This document shows, piece by piece, positions 60,601 to 64,000 of a DNA stretch of 64,000 bases. The translations under genes and the position numbers were made by a program. The DNA is from Marsupella aquatica (taxonomy: Eukaryota > Plantae > Marchantiophyta): the NCBI GenBank assembly GCA_973895155.1, contig OZ316892.1:14500861-14564860 (forward strand). Reading direction: 5' to 3'. The notes beneath the pieces were generated by a model, which made no database searches, had not been told where the DNA came from, and was given only the letters and a program-made list of their open reading frames with translations. Each line of letters begins with the position of its first letter. Positions within the stretch are counted from its first letter, which is position 1.

Positions 60601-63600
60601 ACCAGGGCGCCGGGCTCGCCCTCGGGATTGAATATAACTTCGAACACTTGTACATGGGTCAAATCGTATGACAGAGTGACATCCTTGGACATCAAGACCC
60701 TCCTCAGCAACATTGGTGGCAACCAGAAGATTTAACTGCAGATTCCGAACATCTTGTGATTAGTCACCATCTACAGGTAAGAAGACGACCCTCTGTGGGT
60801 CACCGTCTAGCCAAAAGGATGCAATGAGGCTATCCATCAGGTTACTTCCTCCACACTGACATCATCACTGAACATTGGCGATCAGCACAGCAGACGAACC
60901 TGGCCAGATCGAAAATTTTCAATCGCTGTCTGCTGAAACTTGCGACTGATGTGATCAAGTGAGCTGTTAATACCAGCCAAATATTCGCAGCGCAGGAATG
61001 ACAGACATTTGAGTTGATTTATCAAACTTGCCAATACTAGCGAAGCAACGACTCGATCAACAAATACAATGCACCTCATCGCCTGCACGTCCCTGCACCA
61101 CTCGCAGCACCGTCATCATCAATCAATCTACCCGCCGTGGTTCACACAAATTGCAACTCAGATAGAGTGGAGCTCGCCTATGCGGAGCCGTCCAGAGTGA
61201 TGACTCCTAAAAAGGAGTCTACTGTGTGGTGTTTCTATCTCAGCGTAGTTGTAATCAGAATACTTTGCAAACTTCATTCGAGCCCATACTGGAGAGTATG
61301 ATAGATTCAAACAAGGGAAATAACAATCACCTGTAATTCATTAGGACTTCTGCTAACAATTTCACCTTTGGAGTTAAGAGTCCTTTCTCGACTTGTTCAG
61401 CGAGATCTTGTGGTACATCTGGAAACAAAGGGAAACGCGTTTGAGATTATGCACAGTAGATAAGCCATCCTTCCGCACAAACCAGTTCATAGCCTGGTAA
61501 ATTAAGGCATCCATAATTAAACTTTACAAACAGTAAGGCCACCGAGATCATACAGGCAGAGCTTGAAGGCGATGGCCCCTGATATAGCATATGTCAGACG
61601 GCGCTCAAGAAATTAGACATAGTTATCTAGGAGACTTTGGCTCTTCCAGGAAAACCGATTCTCCAAAGTGTAACAAAACATCTACAAAGTGATCTGGTCT
61701 TCACTTCAGCGCTCTCATGAACAGACAAAAACAGACAATAGTTTTCTCAGGTTCTTCCCAACAGTTTGAAAGTTTCAGCAGTAAAACATACCTTCGGGTA
61801 CAGCAGACTGCAGGAAATTAAGTGCTTCTTTCAAAAACGAATCCTTGGCCGATTTCAACACCGTCATGACATCGACATTAGGATCTGCCGGAATATCTTT
61901 GGTATCCTCTTTCAAGAGGATATCTGCAGCCTGGAAAGTCACAAGATGAAGTGTCAGTTTTGCTATCTTCTACAACAGATCCTCGCTTCTATATATGTGT
62001 GGCATTTCCCACGATTCCAAAACTCCCCCCACCCCCGGGACCAATTTCCTATACAGAAAGTCCTCCACAAACCACCATCGTTAAGAGCCTTTTAAAGTGA
62101 TAAAGAGATTGTTCGATGCGCCCTCTGATGCCAGAGAATGTCATATTCAAATCAATAAATCAGAGAAATATCTAGCATGCTGCGGCTAACCATATGGACC
62201 ATTATTAATACAATTCATACTACTTGAGAACCAAGGGCCTTTGGCTCTCAAAATTCCCGACATTAACCAACCAGTTATTTTTGCTTTCCATCCTCATTCA
62301 CCCAAATTTTGCTCAATAGAAAAGTCTCACCTTCAATGCACACAAGAGACCGAGCTTATCGAGACAATAAACGAGTGCATTATTCAGCTTATTAATGGCC
62401 TTATGAAGCTTTTTCCCAAGTTCTTCATAATCTTTGAAGTGCTCCTCTGAGACTCCGGCTCCCTTATATACTTGATACTGCGCAACGATTTAGTAGCATA
62501 TCAGTTACTGACCATGTTACTAATGCAAAATAAGCAAAACTACATATATGATAATCTGAAGTAAAATTAAACTTCGAGTTGTTCCATAGTCCAGCGATCA
62601 ATCAACAGATATCGATCCTACTTGTTGCAGAGGAGTGCAATGCTCTCATCATCTAAGGAGGCAACTTACAAAGCAGACCTAAAGCAGAGCAAAGCCCAGG
62701 AATTTCACATTCAGGCTTAAACGTTATACTAAGACATCAAAAAACGCCTCCGAAATAATACAGACCCATTATGTCAATATAGATCTGAGAAGGAGATGCT
62801 CTGCGTATCTGGTACATTAGCAATACCTTTTCTGCAATTGCCTGCAACTTTAACTTATGTTCCTCCGTTGGAAATGTGGAGGTCTCATACTCTCGTCCTA
62901 GCGTTCGTGGTGTGGGAACAAAGGATTCCAGTTCTGTTCTGTCCTTCACAGCACAAACCTATGATGCACGTAGAAATATGTTTTAAGACTCATCACAATG
63001 AACACACTCCATGTCATCTCTACTACATGCTTGAGTTGATGTAAGCCATAAAGTAATATAGGTTTCAATTTTGGTGTCACTAACCTTGGAATCAAGCTTC
63101 TGCTCCAGTGCTGCTAGTTGTTTGTCAGCATCAGCGCTAGAGCTTACACCTAGAAAAATGGACAGGTTTCTTAGATAATAATTTGCTGAGACTGCAACGA
63201 GCAATGCAATTCGGGATAATGGAACTTTGAATCTCTCATTTGATATAGAATCAAATCCCTCACCTTTGCGATTCACTGGTGATGCTGTCATCCCAAAAAT
63301 CTGAGGCCGGCAGTCAACAGGCGTTTCTCTGTATTTCTGCATTATAGTTGTCGATTAGGTGTGACATTTTCGTAGATCAGCTTAACAGAGTGTCATTCCC
63401 ATTTAATCAATTCATTATATCGCTAGAATCGCAAATATCCCGACTTCTTGGGAACTTACATCCATGATCTTGCAGTAGGGATGCTTTTTTGTGGCATGAT
63501 GGCACTCGTCGAAAATGAGGATCTCCACAATGTCCAGTTTCAGAATGCCGTGCGTTAAGAGATCTAATAGGATTTGCGGAGTCATCACCAAGACCTGCAA

Positions 63601-63987
63601 GGGGCGTCCCAGATTAGCTTCATAGCTACTCCTGTAGACGAGCTCGGACATCCTCAACTTCGCTCAACTTCACCGCGGAACTGTGTATGCAGCTGATGCA
63701 ATCCACCTATGTCCTATATTCTCTAACGTGGATGGCCGTTATCAAGGTCCGAAATTTTTCCATACCATGTGCGAAAATAGAAGAAAACAGAGAACGATAC
63801 AACGGAAATATGTATAGCAGGCACGGTATTGACAAGAGATTGAATGGAGCATAAAATCGATGGGGTTCTGCACCTCATGCGAAGCGATCTCTTCATGCCA
63901 CTTTTCTGGCTTCCAAGTGTCCACTTTCATATGCCCGACATATTCACCAAATTTCAAGTCCGTATGGCAGTCGATCACGCATGATTG
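54668..63987 (-). CDS. DCL3: Dicer-like endoribonuclease, DCL3 type (5' exons outside window), about 20 exons visible
   Basis: Helicase: VLVMTPQILL, IFDECHHA (63594-63460), IFGMTASP (63336-63264), CIVFVDRV (61092-60900), NLLVATNVAEEGLDV...SYIQSRGRAR (60735-60575); Dicer dimerisation domain (AKQAACLEACKRLH, about 60078-59802); PAZ region (58600-57430); RNase IIIa LEGLELLGDSFLKY and IIIb QRLEFLGDAVLD...GPK|VLGDVVESIAGA; dsRBD HPVRELQELC. VVKIGKSCANGHRWLCSKTISDVVEALIGAY matches the DCL3-type signature. Confidence 0.92.
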
Positions 63988-64000
63988 CTGTACAACGAAG

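Noticed and set aside
44700-63987. SWC2 + DCL3 (+ nearby LINE) as a functional chromatin/silencing gene cluster
   Set aside because: Adjacency alone is not evidence; no shared regulatory feature seen. Would need conserved synteny and co-expression.

Overview
Eukaryotic land-plant nuclear DNA with spliceosomal introns; a bryophyte/liverwort-like origin is an inference from intron-containing AMT1 genes and the LINE type. Genes in order: 3' part of an uncharacterised Ser-rich plant protein (+, ends 2097); a 3-exon long-chain fatty alcohol oxidase (+, 9332-14597); two tandem 4-exon AMT1 ammonium transporters (-); a SWC2/YL1 (SWR1 complex) gene with intronless CDS (+); a small 2-exon gene for a D-box/FR-tail protein (-); and a multi-exon Dicer-like 3 gene (-) whose 5' end runs off the window. 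Intergenic DNA holds a full-length, disabled L1-type LINE with a 15-bp target-site duplication, four Copia-type solo LTRs each with a perfect 5-bp TSD (one apparently recombinant), a probable non-autonomous Helitron and many tandem/inverted repeats. No CRISPR, rRNA or intact tRNA was found, and I cannot demonstrate a wholly new system. Best leads: the putative minimal APC/C-binding protein, the diverged AMT1 pair (triplicated upstream module, 3' hairpin, pore-motif change), the possibly retroposed SWC2 and the DCL3 that seems to lack its second dsRBD. All coordinates were read by eye.
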